A DNA stretch of 63,372 bases, the filler included, from Folioceros fuciformis (taxonomy: Eukaryota): NCBI GenBank assembly GCA_049999805.1. It is 4 parts of 3 records of this genome, joined end to end, with 100 filler letters (N's around TTAATTAATTAA, not from the genome) between each part and the next. Parts side by side here need not be neighbours in the genome. Positions count along the whole stretch, not along the records: positions 1 to 23,480 come from JBNGIO010006223.1; 3 more parts are not named here. One strand, 5' to 3'. Shown piece by piece: positions 1-14,400 of this stretch. The translations under genes and the position numbers were made by a program. The notes below the pieces were generated by a model. That model was not told the DNA's origin. It saw only the letters and a list, made by a program, of their open reading frames with translations, and did not search any database. How positions within the stretch are numbered: position 1 is the first letter of the stretch; each line of letters starts with the position of its first letter.

Positions 1-800
1 CAATAGCGGGGAGCAGAATGGCAGCGGAAATGGGGAAGTAGGACAGTAGTGGGGATGGGGAAGCGGGATGAGGACGATGCTGGCTGGCGGACAGGAGGCT
101 AGAATCGGCGAGGCAGGATGACCCGATCTTCTGTAATCCGGCCTGAAGATCTCTGCGGCGCACTTCCCTTGGCCTATAGCCTATAACACGCCCAGCTCAT
201 CAGCAGCTTGGGCCACGGTGCGCACCTCAATCCACTTCCAATACTCTGCCTAAGGTGTGACTCCCCCCCAGACCTTTGACATTCTCTCCTCTTCCATTCA
301 TTCTTGGTCGTCCCACCTTTCTCTTAAATCTTTTGTCTAAATTTCTTTTTTCCATCACCCTTTCATCAACTGTCCCAACTTCTCCATTCTCAGCCCTATC
401 CTTCGACCTTGGCAACACACAAGCTCACCTTACACTCGCTTGCATTACTCTAATACCCTTGGATATAGGCTTCCTCATGTTAAAAAGTTTAGCACTAGTT
501 TAGCAAAATTAACACACTAGAGTTTGATAACTTTTACAGCTAATCAACTTTATACCGGTTTGTATCAAAACCATTACGGGAACAGTGTAGAATATACTAG
601 CTCAAAAACCAGGTGTCTTGAAGCATTTCACACTAAGTTCTCTTCCCCATCTTTTCTTTCTAAACACGTCACCAAACCTTTTTACAGCCGAGAAATGTCT
701 TCCAAGCACTATCATATTTTCACAAAATACTTCGAGCTGGCTCTAACTACTAGGCATGGAACACCCTATTATAAGGCGTTGTAAACTTTGTTGCCTCCTC

Positions 801-825
801 TCTTCTTCTTCTTCTTCTTCTTCTT
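801..825. repeat. (CTT)n microsatellite
   Basis: Run of tcttcttctt... of ~8 units. Confidence 0.85.
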
Positions 826-1077
826 TGGCTAGGATCTTCATCCTTTCTCATAGTTTGATCGATCGCCTCTTCCTTCTTTTTCTTCACTTCTAGGTCATCC
901 TCCTCTAGTCCATGCTCTTCGGCATGCTAAAACTCTCCTGCACGGCTTCTACCACACTTACACTAACAATATTCCGCTAACCATTTTTCAACAGTTAGTG
1001 ACAAGTTTTAACTTAACCTTCCAAAGCAACTTTTTACACAATTAAAACTTTAACCACACTTCACTCTTGAACTGTCT

Positions 1078-1590
1078 TTATGCTGCAGACCCTCCCTCGC
1101 TGCTGCTACTTATCAATTTCACACCCACATAATCAACTACAGGCTTAGATGCAAACTTCTCTAGATTGAGCCTATTAGATCTTCTTACAGGAAGATCCCC
1201 AGTTACTGCACCCTCGCCAACCTTCCATTTGGCGAAGCTTCTACGATATGTTCTTCCCCTTCCGACTTCATAGCTTGAACTCCTCATGGGAGGATCCCCC
1301 TCATGATAATCTTCAACCTTCCTAGGCTCATCCACAGTCTTTTGACTGCTCTTAACACTCCTCCTCCCTGAATGAGACTCCCCATTCTTCAACTAATGGT
1401 ATTGCCTCGAAATAACCTCAAAGGTAGCGTCCAGTTGCTGTTCCTTCAAATTCTCAAAAGTTGACGCTACTCTCTCTCCCCACAACAAATCCGTGGAGTG
1501 AATGTCCCTCAACTCATACTGATTCTGTGCTTCCTTGGTTCTGAGTTCTTGCACCACTACTGCAAGCCTAGCTCTTTCAGCCATTATCAC
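1078..1590 (-). other. Degenerate ORF remnant, probably TE-derived, unidentified
   Basis: ORFs 1393-1590 and 1078-1392 are contiguous in one frame across a single TAG. No recognisable domain; the surroundings are low-complexity. Confidence 0.25.
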
Positions 1591-1993
1591 GACACTAAGG
1601 TACTAATACAGTTTCCTTTTTTTTTTTTAATTTAGACTAGCAAAATGCTGCCCAAATGTCAACAAAACATTAAATGGAAAATAGTGCAGCTCACTCAAGA
1701 GTTGCCTTGCAGGATGCTCGTGGGCTTACACCAAGAGTGTGAGCCCAGCCCTGACACAATCACCGCTGATACTTGAAATTGTCCTGACATCAACCATGGC
1801 GGCCAATGCTAAACCCTGGGAAGAGCGCCGTAGAAGACAGTCGTCGAAATTGCACCGAGGGAGAGTGCCTGACCCCGCACCAAGGATTTCTCTTGCTTTG
1901 TGTTTGTAATTTCCCGTTTTGGGGCAGAAGTGTTATAAAGCTCATGGATTTTCTATGTATATTGGCAGCTTCGATGTGACTTATGCGACTTTA

Positions 1994-2096
1994 AATACCA
2001 ATACCAATACCAATACCAATACCAATACCAATACCAATACNNNNNNNNNNCAATACCAATACCAATACCAATACCAATACCAATACCAATACCAAT
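1994..2096. repeat. (AATACC)n hexanucleotide microsatellite spanning a 10-N gap
   Basis: Perfect aatacc units on both sides of N 2041-2050. Confidence 0.95.
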
Positions 2097-2444
2097 ATAC
2101 AATATCATAATGCATGGTATGGCGTGTAGGCCCGTGCAACACCCCATGAGATTGAAGATCTTATCTTGCGCAACTATATTGTTGCTCATATTCAAGAGCA
2201 TGTTTATTGCTATCGTGCACAACTATAATGTTGCTCATATTCAAGGGCTGGTTTCGTGCCATGTTGTTGTCCGATGAACTGAAACAGCTTGCAACCCTAA
2301 ACTCATGCACCAGCCCCTCGTGATCGCATGCTACTCGAAGGCAAACAAAGGTAGCGTGCATCAGGCTGAATAACATTCCCTCAAAACGGGTAGCTAGTCC
2401 AATACTAGTCTTGTGATGTCCGAAAATAGAGAAATGAGAAATTT

Positions 2445-2670
2445 TGATTATGATATCATTTTCATGCAAGTATGACAACCCATCCATATTCGAAGGATGC
2501 TAAGCGAAAGAAGAAGATGTTGAAGATTGAGAAAACTTTATGAATTGAATCCAAAAGATGATTATGATATCAATTTCATGCAAGTATGACAACCCATCGA
2601 TGTTCAGGAATGCTAACGAAAAAGAAAAAGATGTTGAAGATTGAGAAAACTTTATGAATTGAATCCAAAG
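2445..2670. repeat. Two-copy 114-bp tandem duplication
   Basis: tgattatgatatca...gaattgaatccaaa begins at 2445 and again at 2559. Confidence 0.9.
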
Positions 2671-3131
2671 AACAATCATGGATGGTATGTTTGGGTTATT
2701 TTTAGGCAACTAATGTTTGCAAGTACCTTTTTGTTTTCAATTTACTGTCGGCCATCCCTCGTAAAGCACGTTTTTGATTGATATTCGGTGAGAGCCATCC
2801 ATGGCCATAGGGAATGGCTGTTTGCCGTAGGAACAACATACATGCACATGTATGTACATTAAGCGACAGCAGCTGGGCGTGTTTGGGTAAGAGTGGGTAA
2901 AGCGGGGTCTAGTGAAGGAGGAGTGCACACTGCACCTAATCTGTGGGCCGCCCCTTCCTCATCCCCCGCTTTGTGCGTAATGCGAGCCAATGGGAACGCA
3001 CGAGGAGAGATCCCGGCGTGTGTGCAGCGTTATCGGTATCTGACGGCTAAGGGGTTGCTGTGATGAGAGTGACTTGTGCTGCCTAGCTATTGCGGAGCTC
3101 TTGAGCTCATGTAGCTGGGCCTCGGGACGAC

Positions 3132-4804
<1,673 letters not shown>

Positions 4805-5428
4805 ACCCGACCCCCTCCCATTCTCGCGCTCAATTCTCAGCAGGGCAAGGCTGCGCAAAGCAATGCAAGGCAGGGCAAGACAATGCTGCGTCTCAGCTTC
4901 CCTCTCTAGCTCTGATACTATCATGCCGTTCAGTTTTGTGTTCGCGAGTACAGACAAGATGATGTGTGTTGGCCCTCTTATAACCACCTCATGATACCCT
5001 TATTAGCTAGTATACATTCCACCAGGCAATAGGGTAGATCTAAATGCAGCGTGAGACCATAGTTGGTGTGAAGCAGGATGGAAGACTACTCACTCCATCC
5101 TCATGTATTTGAAGCGACACTTGAATTCACTATTAGTAGCCCATGAGGCTGTTTTCCAACCTCCTGCACGTCGGCTGTTCCAAGTACACCTGTCTATCCC
5201 TAGTGCACCGTCGGATCCGGGTTTCGCCCACATGGCAGGAGGAGCGCCTTGGCCAACACGCCGAGAGTTTCGCCAGCGTCGGAACTCTGGTTGGCCTCAA
5301 TTCTCCTGTGGCCCTGGCGTGGGTGAATGTAGATGTGCTGCTGGGCGAATCGAGGAGCTTTCGGCTTCCTTCCAGCTGAAGCTATAGCGGTAGCAATAGC
5401 ACCTGCACTTGCACCCCCCACCGGCAAG

Positions 5429-8400
5429 ATGGGAATCCCGGACTCCGTCCGAGAGCGAGTCGACAAGCTGGCATCCTCCCTGCTCAACGGCTGGGTCGTG
5501 GGTAATGTTGGGACTGCGTGCGATTTGAATTTGAGGGTGGCGGGCCTGGAGCTCCAGCATCTGGTGTTCGACGTCGGGAAAATCAATTCTGCTGCCATGG
5601 GTTCCAGTACTCTGCTTTTGCTGCACGCCACGGTGGACAGCGTGCAGCTGCAATTCAGTCCTTGGCGCGCGCCTGTCGCGACTCTGGTGGTGCGGGGCTT
5701 GCATCTCGTGCTGCGGCCCAGGTAAAGGGATGCGTACCGTCATTTTGGCATGGGCAGCTTGGGAAGGAAGGTTGTGGAGTGATTGTGTGTTCGGAAGTGT
5801 AGACCGGTGGACGATGTGTGGTGGCAAGCAAAACCGCGCTTGTCGAAGCAGCAGGAACGTGATGCAGCCCTGGCTGCGCTTGACCCTCAGGTCAGCAAAA
5901 ATTTCAGTGGCATAGTTGTTTGTGTGTGCACTGGAGATTTTGTTACTAAAAGTTTTGGTTATCGACCTGAACTGGCAGGGGGCTGGCGCACATGCTGCAG
6001 CTCAGAAGCTTGCTGTGCCCAACCACGCCACCACATTTCTTTCCTCGTTCCTGGCAAGTTTTGCTCTCTCCTCCCTCAGAATTGAGTTGCACCACTGTTC
6101 TGTGGACCTGGTCACTCATCCTCGAGATGGACTCCTTCGCTGTGGCTCCATCTCGCTGCAAAGCCTGGTGCTGGAAGAGGGCTTTACTAACAGGGTGGGA
6201 GGAGCAGGGGGTCTAATGGGAGCAGCTGTCGCAGCGCTGTTTGGCCTGTGGAGTGCGTCCAGAAAGAAATGTTGTAAAGTTGAAGGGCTGGGCCTTCGTG
6301 TGAGGAACGTGAAGTCAGAGGATGCTTCCCCTTGGGCGGGTGGCAGCTCTGTACTGGCTCACAACTCTGGCCAAGATGCACCATCGGACGCACGGCCAGT
6401 GCACCCAGACAGTGATGCACTGAGTGGTGATAGCCCTTGTATGCTGCAGTTTCAACTCATTTTGATCATCTTGGAGTTTGAGAGGGTGCAGGTGAAATAT
6501 GTGGAGTTTGATGCTCCCTCTGCTTCCGTGGGGATGGATACCAGAGATCTAGTGGCAGTGACGGCCCTCGTTTCACAACTGCAGGGCCCTGATGACAGTG
6601 AATCGGCTGGGTTAGGCTCTAGACACGTTGTAACTCCGCTGCAGTCAAGGACAGCTTCAGAGCTGTGGCGACTTGGGTTTGAACGGGCCTTGACAAAGTC
6701 ATCCAGAAGAATGCAGCTCACGCAAACACTAGTAGGTGGTATGCGGAGACGTCGATATTCTTCCCTGTACAGGACATGGCTCATGGAGATCGGATGGGGC
6801 CAGAGGATGGACATGTCTAGTGCTCCAACAACTTTGAAGGGAAGAAGCAAGTGGGAGGTGCAAAAACTCGATAAGTTGCAAAGACAACTTGAAGAGATGG
6901 AAAGAGACCTCCCAATCGAAGCTCTTGCTTTGGCAAGACGAGCAGCCCGATGTAGTGCAGCTGCAGCTCAACTGGAGAGGGAAATGCGTGCTGTAGAGAA
7001 GGAATCAGAGGATGCAGGAGGTGCTGTCCCCTCATTTGCTAGGGAGGGCGTTTCTCATGTCAAGCAAGCATTGATTTATTTAAGAGATGTTGTTCTAGCA
7101 GTTGTGCTTCTTTTCAAGCTGCCCCCATCTGTCTGGGAGAGGCTGCAAGGTATCCTAGGACGAGTATCCGTCCGATCCACTGTCAGTGATATAAGTGAGC
7201 AGGGTGTAAGCCCATCCTCATCTTCAGGAATGGAGAACTCTCCAGAGAGCGTCTCTCGTGTGCACATTCAACTGGTTGATGAGGATGCCCAAGGGGTTTT
7301 TGTGAGGAGTTGGCAGGTTGCCTACAAAGCACACATTGGAAGCAGCTGCTTTACGCTTGCATCTGCTGCAAGTGACAAATTATTTGAGGCAGGGGACCTG
7401 CTCCGCGAGTCTGGAGACAATGTAATGCCTACAGAAACGATGATACCTGCAGTCAGGGTTGTATTCCAGCAATTTTCGTTTGCCTATGGTTCTGATTTGC
7501 ATGCCAAGGGCGCAAGCATTGCTTGTGGTAGTTTGCAAGGTGAGATTCTGTCTGTTATACCAGGGCAAGTACCTGACGTGCATTACCAGGATTGGCAAGC
7601 TCTGGACGGCCATGAAGACATTGCATACGGTGGGAAACTTCCAGCAAAAATAGCTGACAGTATCACTATTCTGTCTTCGACTCAATCTGAGAGTATCCAC
7701 CGTGAATTTGAGGGAGATAGTCGTTTCAATGAAATGCTGCTCGGGTCAATGCAAAGCAAGCATAAGTTGTGGCTGGATCAGGAGGTGGCATTGTGGATCA
7801 GTAGAGATTGGAGCAGCCTGAATCTAGAGCAAGCTCGATCATCTGGCTGTGAACAAGTAATGACCAGAAAGTCCTCTCTACCTAGTGTGCTGAGACCGTT
7901 TCTCGTCGCAGAGTTTGAGACTTGTCAACCGGGAAAATGTTCTGGAGAGACTCCCAACGGTATGATCTGCTGTATGGTGGACATGAGTAGGCTAGAATGC
8001 TCTCTAAAATCTTCTTATATCACCCGGCTGAACCCTCTATTAGTTCAGTTAACCCAAGCTGTCAACCTGTCAAGGTCTGGTGGTCACATTGCTGCTGGAG
8101 AAGTACAGGACCAAGAAAGGGAATCTAGTGTCACTCCAACATTCCAAGAAGCGTGGGATCACTACAGCGCCATGTGTCTGAGCATATCTAGGCATTATTC
8201 ATTGAATTACGTTCCTGCAACCAACTTCATGTGCTCCATGGTAATTCAATGCCCACAACTTAAGTTGTCAGCCTCAGCTTTTGATGTGAACAGCGATTTC
8301 TCTTCTCATGGTGATAGTAGGAATGTTAGTACATCTGGGGATAGGAGGGAGGTGTCTCTGGTGCTGGATCTAGGACACCTGGATGTTCTGACGACTCCAG

Positions 8401-11400
8401 CCCACATGACAGAAGATCTGCAAGGGATGCAACAGCTGCAAGGACCGGGGAGCTCAGGCAGCCCTTTGGTTCAGGCTGTGAGGAATAAGGAGTGGCTTAC
8501 AGTGCCCCCTGTACCATCTCTGGCACATGAAACTGTGGAGGCCTCTCCTGAGATGGAAACGATGGGGAACAATGTGTTTGTGCGAATCCAGCATGTTCGG
8601 CTAATGATTGACACTCAAGAGCCAGGTCAAGCTGAATTCCCTGTTCTTGGTCCAATTTCGTTAGTGCTCACCTCTTCTTTATGCAGGTAGATATCACCTT
8701 CACTAATCCTGAAAGTCTGTTTCTTATAGCAAGCCATGCTTGTTTACGAAGTAAATGAACTCAGCTCGCTCTTGCTGCTGTTTGCAGAAACGAACTCAGC
8801 TCTCTTTTCAGCAAAACAACGATTGCTTCTGCTGGCTTTTGCGGGGAGGTCTCAGAATTTACTGTCCATGCATATGTTTCCGAATTGCTAGCCATCTTGC
8901 AGGTCAGCGTCCCAAAGTTTTCATTCCACTCGTCAAAAGCTGTGCTGGGAGTTGAGGCGTTTGTCAACTTTCAGCTGTGATGAAAGTGCCTTCTTTCTTT
9001 CTGCAGGTACTCACTTCGTTTCGTGAGGTGCTCAAGCCATTTTCAAGGACAGAATGTGCAGGGGATGCTGCCGAAGTCATAACTTTGGAACTAACGTCTT
9101 TGCCGGAAGAGCTTGAAGGGCTGGACATCACACCATCAGAAGAGGGGAGGAAATCAAGGCAGAATACCCAATTGATGCCGGGCCCGGCAAGACCAGAGGC
9201 ATCAGCATTTGCGCTCTCCCTTGACTTGCGCCTGTCAACTGTTCAAATTCTGTCAGGTGTGGAACGATGTGTGGCAAACCAGAAGCAAAGTAAAAAGAAG
9301 GATCGCCGCAGATCAGGAGGAGGGGATCAGAATGCAGGAGAATTGGAGAGTGTATTAAGTGCATGGCTTCGTGCAGCAGAGATCGCTAAGATAGGAAACC
9401 TTGGTCACGTTTGTTTGCAGAATTTACAAACCTCTCTACTCTTGGGAGATGGTTGCCAAGCATCTCTCGGCACTAGTTGGGATCTTTTGCAATTCGTTAC
9501 CATTGATCTGACGGAAGCCAAGGAGGAGTCCCACGGGCAAGCAGAGCACAGAGCTTTGCATCCTGTTGTGGCAAGGATTCAAACAGAGCTAGGGACTTCT
9601 GGTCTTGTGGTTGGTGACTTAGAGCTTGGTAGTTGTGAGTTATCCTTCATTGCTCCAGTCACCCAGAGAATAGATTCTGAGAGCGGGGCAGGTGAGACGG
9701 TCACAGTTGATGGGCAGTCTCGCTCACCTGATGATAATAGGGACATTGTTATACATTTTGAGATTGGAAGAACGTGTCTCATAAATGGATCATCAAGGCC
9801 AATGACTGACAAAGTGGGTCAAGCAGCATCAGGACCTGATACATTGTCCGTGCATGCAGTCCTGAGAAACGATTTGAGAAGCATCGACATTGAGATAAAG
9901 GCAAGGATGCTTACTCTGCTGCTTGACATTCTCACATCGAGGAACTTATAATCCTCTCGTTTCTCTTCACTGCTACTTGCCACCTGCTATCTGACAGGAG
10001 ACAACAATGTGTTCTGAGCAGGGTGGCCTGATCCTTGTGGATACAGCAACACTGGTCTCTTTGTTGGATTATACTACTAGTTACTGGGAGCTTATGAAGC
10101 AGACTTTAATGCAGCCCCTCAGCTCCAGTGAAACTCCAAATTCGATCGCAAATGTACTCAGGAAGCAGGAGCGGACAGCTGCAAGGACTCTACGGTCAGC
10201 TTCTCTGTCATCAATGCGCTCACAAAAGTGGTCAGAACCTAGACCAAGACGTGTGTCTTCAGCTCCACCTCTGTCCCACATACCACTTCGTACTGAGAAT
10301 AGGTGGAAGTGGGAAGGAATGGTTTGTTGCAACGTTGAGGAATTGTCATTCATTCTTGCAAGAAGTGATGCTACAGGTTGGCTTTTTGAACTAGTTCTTG
10401 ACATCTGAACTTGTCATGCGGCTACCTCCTACTGCATCACTCTGACATGTTGTTTTCTGTATGGCCAGGGTCTTTTGAAGGTTTGCTGTTTGAGCTGGAT
10501 ATGAGATCAAATGTCGAATATGGTCTTCAGATGAAGAACATTGTTGCCGATCTCAATCGGTTAATGATATGTGGCCTGCAAGCTTCACGGGTAGGACATT
10601 TGAATGGCGATAGCAAGATTGCCCGGACACCCCAGTTTGAATCTGGGCACAAAAGTTTGGAGTCCAGTGCAAGCTTTGGGTCCAGCTACAGTTTTGGGTC
10701 AATCAGCACTGGTGAGAGCTCATCTGGCGAAATCCAAGTTGCAGCAGTGCACTCTGACCAGCCCAATAACGCTCAAAGTACGGGAGATGGAGCTGTCCCA
10801 GCTGCCAGCACTATTCTGGAACAGCTCAGAGTGTCTTGTGTGCTTCAGAGTACCATTGTTGATGATGTCATGGAGGAAGAGAAATGGGGCTCTGCTTGGA
10901 TAGGCACAACCTCCATTAGTGGCTTTGACTTAGCCATTACCACATCAGAAATTCAGGTAAGCTCTGATTGATCGTACTAGAAATGGCACCTCACAAGCTT
11001 GTGGATCATGTGCTGCGTAGTTACTTTACAGTCTTATGATGTTGTATCTGAACCTCAGCTACTGCGGTCCATTCTGTCTCCCTCCTCCAACTTTCGAAGT
11101 CCTTCAAAGGAGTATGAGGGTGACTTGTTATTGGCCTCGCTGGTGGAGAGATCTGAGACTGCACTAAACCAGCATGACGTACCAGATGGTGAGAACATGC
11201 TACCTGTTATGTTAAAAACTTCATTTGGCAAGATCTGGTCCATAATCTTGTTCTCTGTTCCATTCTCCATGGATTTCAACTGATGGTTACTGGCTGGACG
11301 ATCTCCTCCCTCAGGAGCCATAGTAGCAATTAAAGATGACGAGGAACATCTGTATCTCGCTGTGGAGGAAATTCCTACAAAAGAGGGAAACTACCACCTC

Positions 11401-14400
11401 ATATCAGTTATGCATTACTCGTTGGCCGGGGATAAAGCGCTATTCAAGGTGAGTATAGGACTGCAACTTCTTTGGCTCTGAAAGGCTGGACATATTTTGT
11501 CACAATGGTGAACAAGATGAATGGTGATGCTTGTGGATTGCCTTCAGGTAGCCTTTGGATCAGCCTGTCACGTTGGATTTGAAGGATTTTCGGTAGTACA
11601 TTCCTCAAAACTTCTTTTTAACTTTTGACTGTCAGGTAAACTATCAAAACACGACCAAAGGACAGGATTGGTTCATACTGTCCTCTCTGCATGCAAGATC
11701 GTCAGACGGTGAGCCCTTAAGGGTACACTGTCGTTCTGATTCCGGGTTGGCTGAAATCTCATCAACACATGAAGGCTCTTGGGAACTCTGGCAGTTCGTT
11801 CCACACAAAAGTGGGAAAAATGAAGAAAGTGATACTTTTGATCGCTATAATTATATTACCAGGGATGTGGTGCACCTTGTGAATCAGAAAAGTAAATGTG
11901 GGCTGGCAATAGTGGATGGCATGCCAATGATTGTTAAAAAGCCTGGGAATCCCTTCAAGATAAAGATAATTTCTCTTATGAAGGAGACTGGACGTGCAGG
12001 AACTAGCTCTGACAGGGACATAGAAGTGTCACAGGAGAAAAGGCGTGAAGAGGCAGCCACTGGTGTTATTGCTATCCCACAGGTCACACTAGAATTCGAA
12101 AATATCAATATCACATTACTGCATGAAGCAGGTGGTGGGATGCATCTTCTGCCTTTGGTCCGTGTGCGCCTGGAAAACATCCATGCACTAGCACAGGTGG
12201 GATCAAAGAAGACCAGAGTCATCAGCTGGTGCAACTTTCTTTTTGATTACTTCGAAGCTCAGAACAGCCAGTGGTAAATTAAACCTTGTACTTGCTACGT
12301 TTCGCTAGATTTTGATTTTGAGTGTGTGGGGCCTGTTTCTCCTTGCTTGTTCTTAGTCCTTTATTACACATCGTTAGCCACAATCGACGTAACCCGTCGT
12401 TAGCCACAATCGTTAGCCAAGATGTATATTTGCAAATAATTTTTCTCTTCCTGCATCGGCAGGGTCAGCATAACAAACCCGGTGGTTGCTAGCTGCTTTT
12501 ATCGGAAACGGGTAGGTCGAAATGGCTTGACCGTTACGGGATTCGAGAAGATACCACTCTCTATCTTCTGCTGCTTGAAAAAGGCACTTTCGCTCTCCTC
12601 AGAATTCTTTAGTTTTGGAACCTTTTTCTTGTTATTGTGTTTTAAGTGCACATCTTTGGCTGTCACTGCAGGTTGATATCACGGTCAGTGAGCAGGCACT
12701 GGATACTTGCTTGTTTTTGATAGGAGTCCTTGACCTCGCCGGACCGTTTACAATACACCATTCGCCACTGTCCGCAAACCAGTGCAAGGTGCTTGTTGAA
12801 CTTCAGATCAGCTGCTTAAAAACTCCTTTAAAAGCAAGTCTTGCTTGAATGGCTGAGTTCCAACTAACAGGAAGTCATTTTCAGGTTGCCAACCAATTAG
12901 GTGTAGACGTTCTCTGTAGGTTTGAGGAGTCGAAGGCAAAAATAAGAGCTTGGGGCAGTGGGACTTTCTTTATAAGGTCAGGTGAAATCCTTGATCAATT
13001 TAACTACTGAAGAACTAGGCATTGACCTATAACATGGAACTTTTGGACTCCTGAACAGGCACACGTTGTCCCGGCGGGACCTAAGCTCAGCTACAACCAC
13101 CTCTATGGTTGACTTGTACCTTGAAAAGTTAGGTGCAGCGGTATCTACTCCTATACGAGTACCTCTAGAAAGGCCTGGAGTCATGGCACTGAGGACCCGT
13201 CTTAAAGTAGGAGAAGGTAATGTCTTACATTTCTCCCCCACTGTGTCGCTGCAAAGGCTTTCACGGTTGAGCATATTAGAAGGTTGCTCTGTTAGCAGAA
13301 CAGGTGTCGACGCCCTCTCTGCTGACTACCTCTCTGTCTCTGTGATAATTGGCATTTTTGTTGAGAACTCGTACCCAAGACTGGCTCTGAGTAGTGAGTG
13401 TCTTTCATTTCATTTCCTTTTGGCAGGTAGAAAAGCACCAGGCCCAATCATCGTGGTGGATGTAACTAGACAGAGCGAGGTGAGTTAATACTGAGTTTGT
13501 GAGGACTAATGCTCCAATTTTGGAAAGGTCCCTCACTGATTATGTCTTGTTTCGTTTTGCAGGAAGGTGTTGTTTTGACCGTATCATCCATGATCCGGAT
13601 ACGCAATGCAAGTGGTTGTTCATTGGAACTTCGATGTAGAAGACCAAATCAAGTGGAAGGAGGTGCAGTGGTCACACTCGAAGATGGTGATGTGATAGAT
13701 GACGCCACAGGGTCTTTTGATGCCCTAACAATGCAAGGAGAGTATCGGAAAGCTCTGTCTTCATTCACTGTGGGTAACGTCTTTGCACCATCTTGCAACT
13801 CGACTGTAAGCTGCTACATTTTTGGGAAAGTTTTACATACATTTTTGTGGAATACGCAGGAAACTTTGTACTCTCTATTCGACCAGCTTCTGTCCATTTT
13901 GTTGCGTCCGAGGACACTAGTTGCACAGAAAAAAGTTTTTCTTATGATTGGTCAGATGACGTCAAGGGTGCCAAGGCTGAAAGGGTGTCCGGGTTGTTTG
14001 AAAAGCTGCATTACAACTTGAGGAAGTCTATGAAGGGGCTGAACTTTGAATCTTCTTTGGAGTCCTCGTTTGCTACAGTAATCTGTCCAAGTACGGCGAG
14101 TGCAGCAGGATCTGACCACTTGAATCGAGATTTACATTTCCTGGTTCGCAGGACTCTGAGGCAAATACCACTCGCTTTATCAGACGTGGCCAAAACACAG
14201 CACCAAAAGAAAGCTGTTTGGCATGAACAGCAAGAGCTGGTTCTGCTGCCAACATTTAGGCTACATAATTATCTTACAAGTGATATACGGGTGACGTTGT
14301 TTTCGTCCCGACCAGGTACAATGGAACACGGAATATATTTAAGTGTCTTCTTTCTGTTCACTGTTCTTCTTATTGTTCAAATTAGTTCTGACAGTAAGAG

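Noticed and set aside
1919-2222. Poly-NT/QY/IG/YW ORFs
   Set aside because: These are translations of the (AATACC)n microsatellite.
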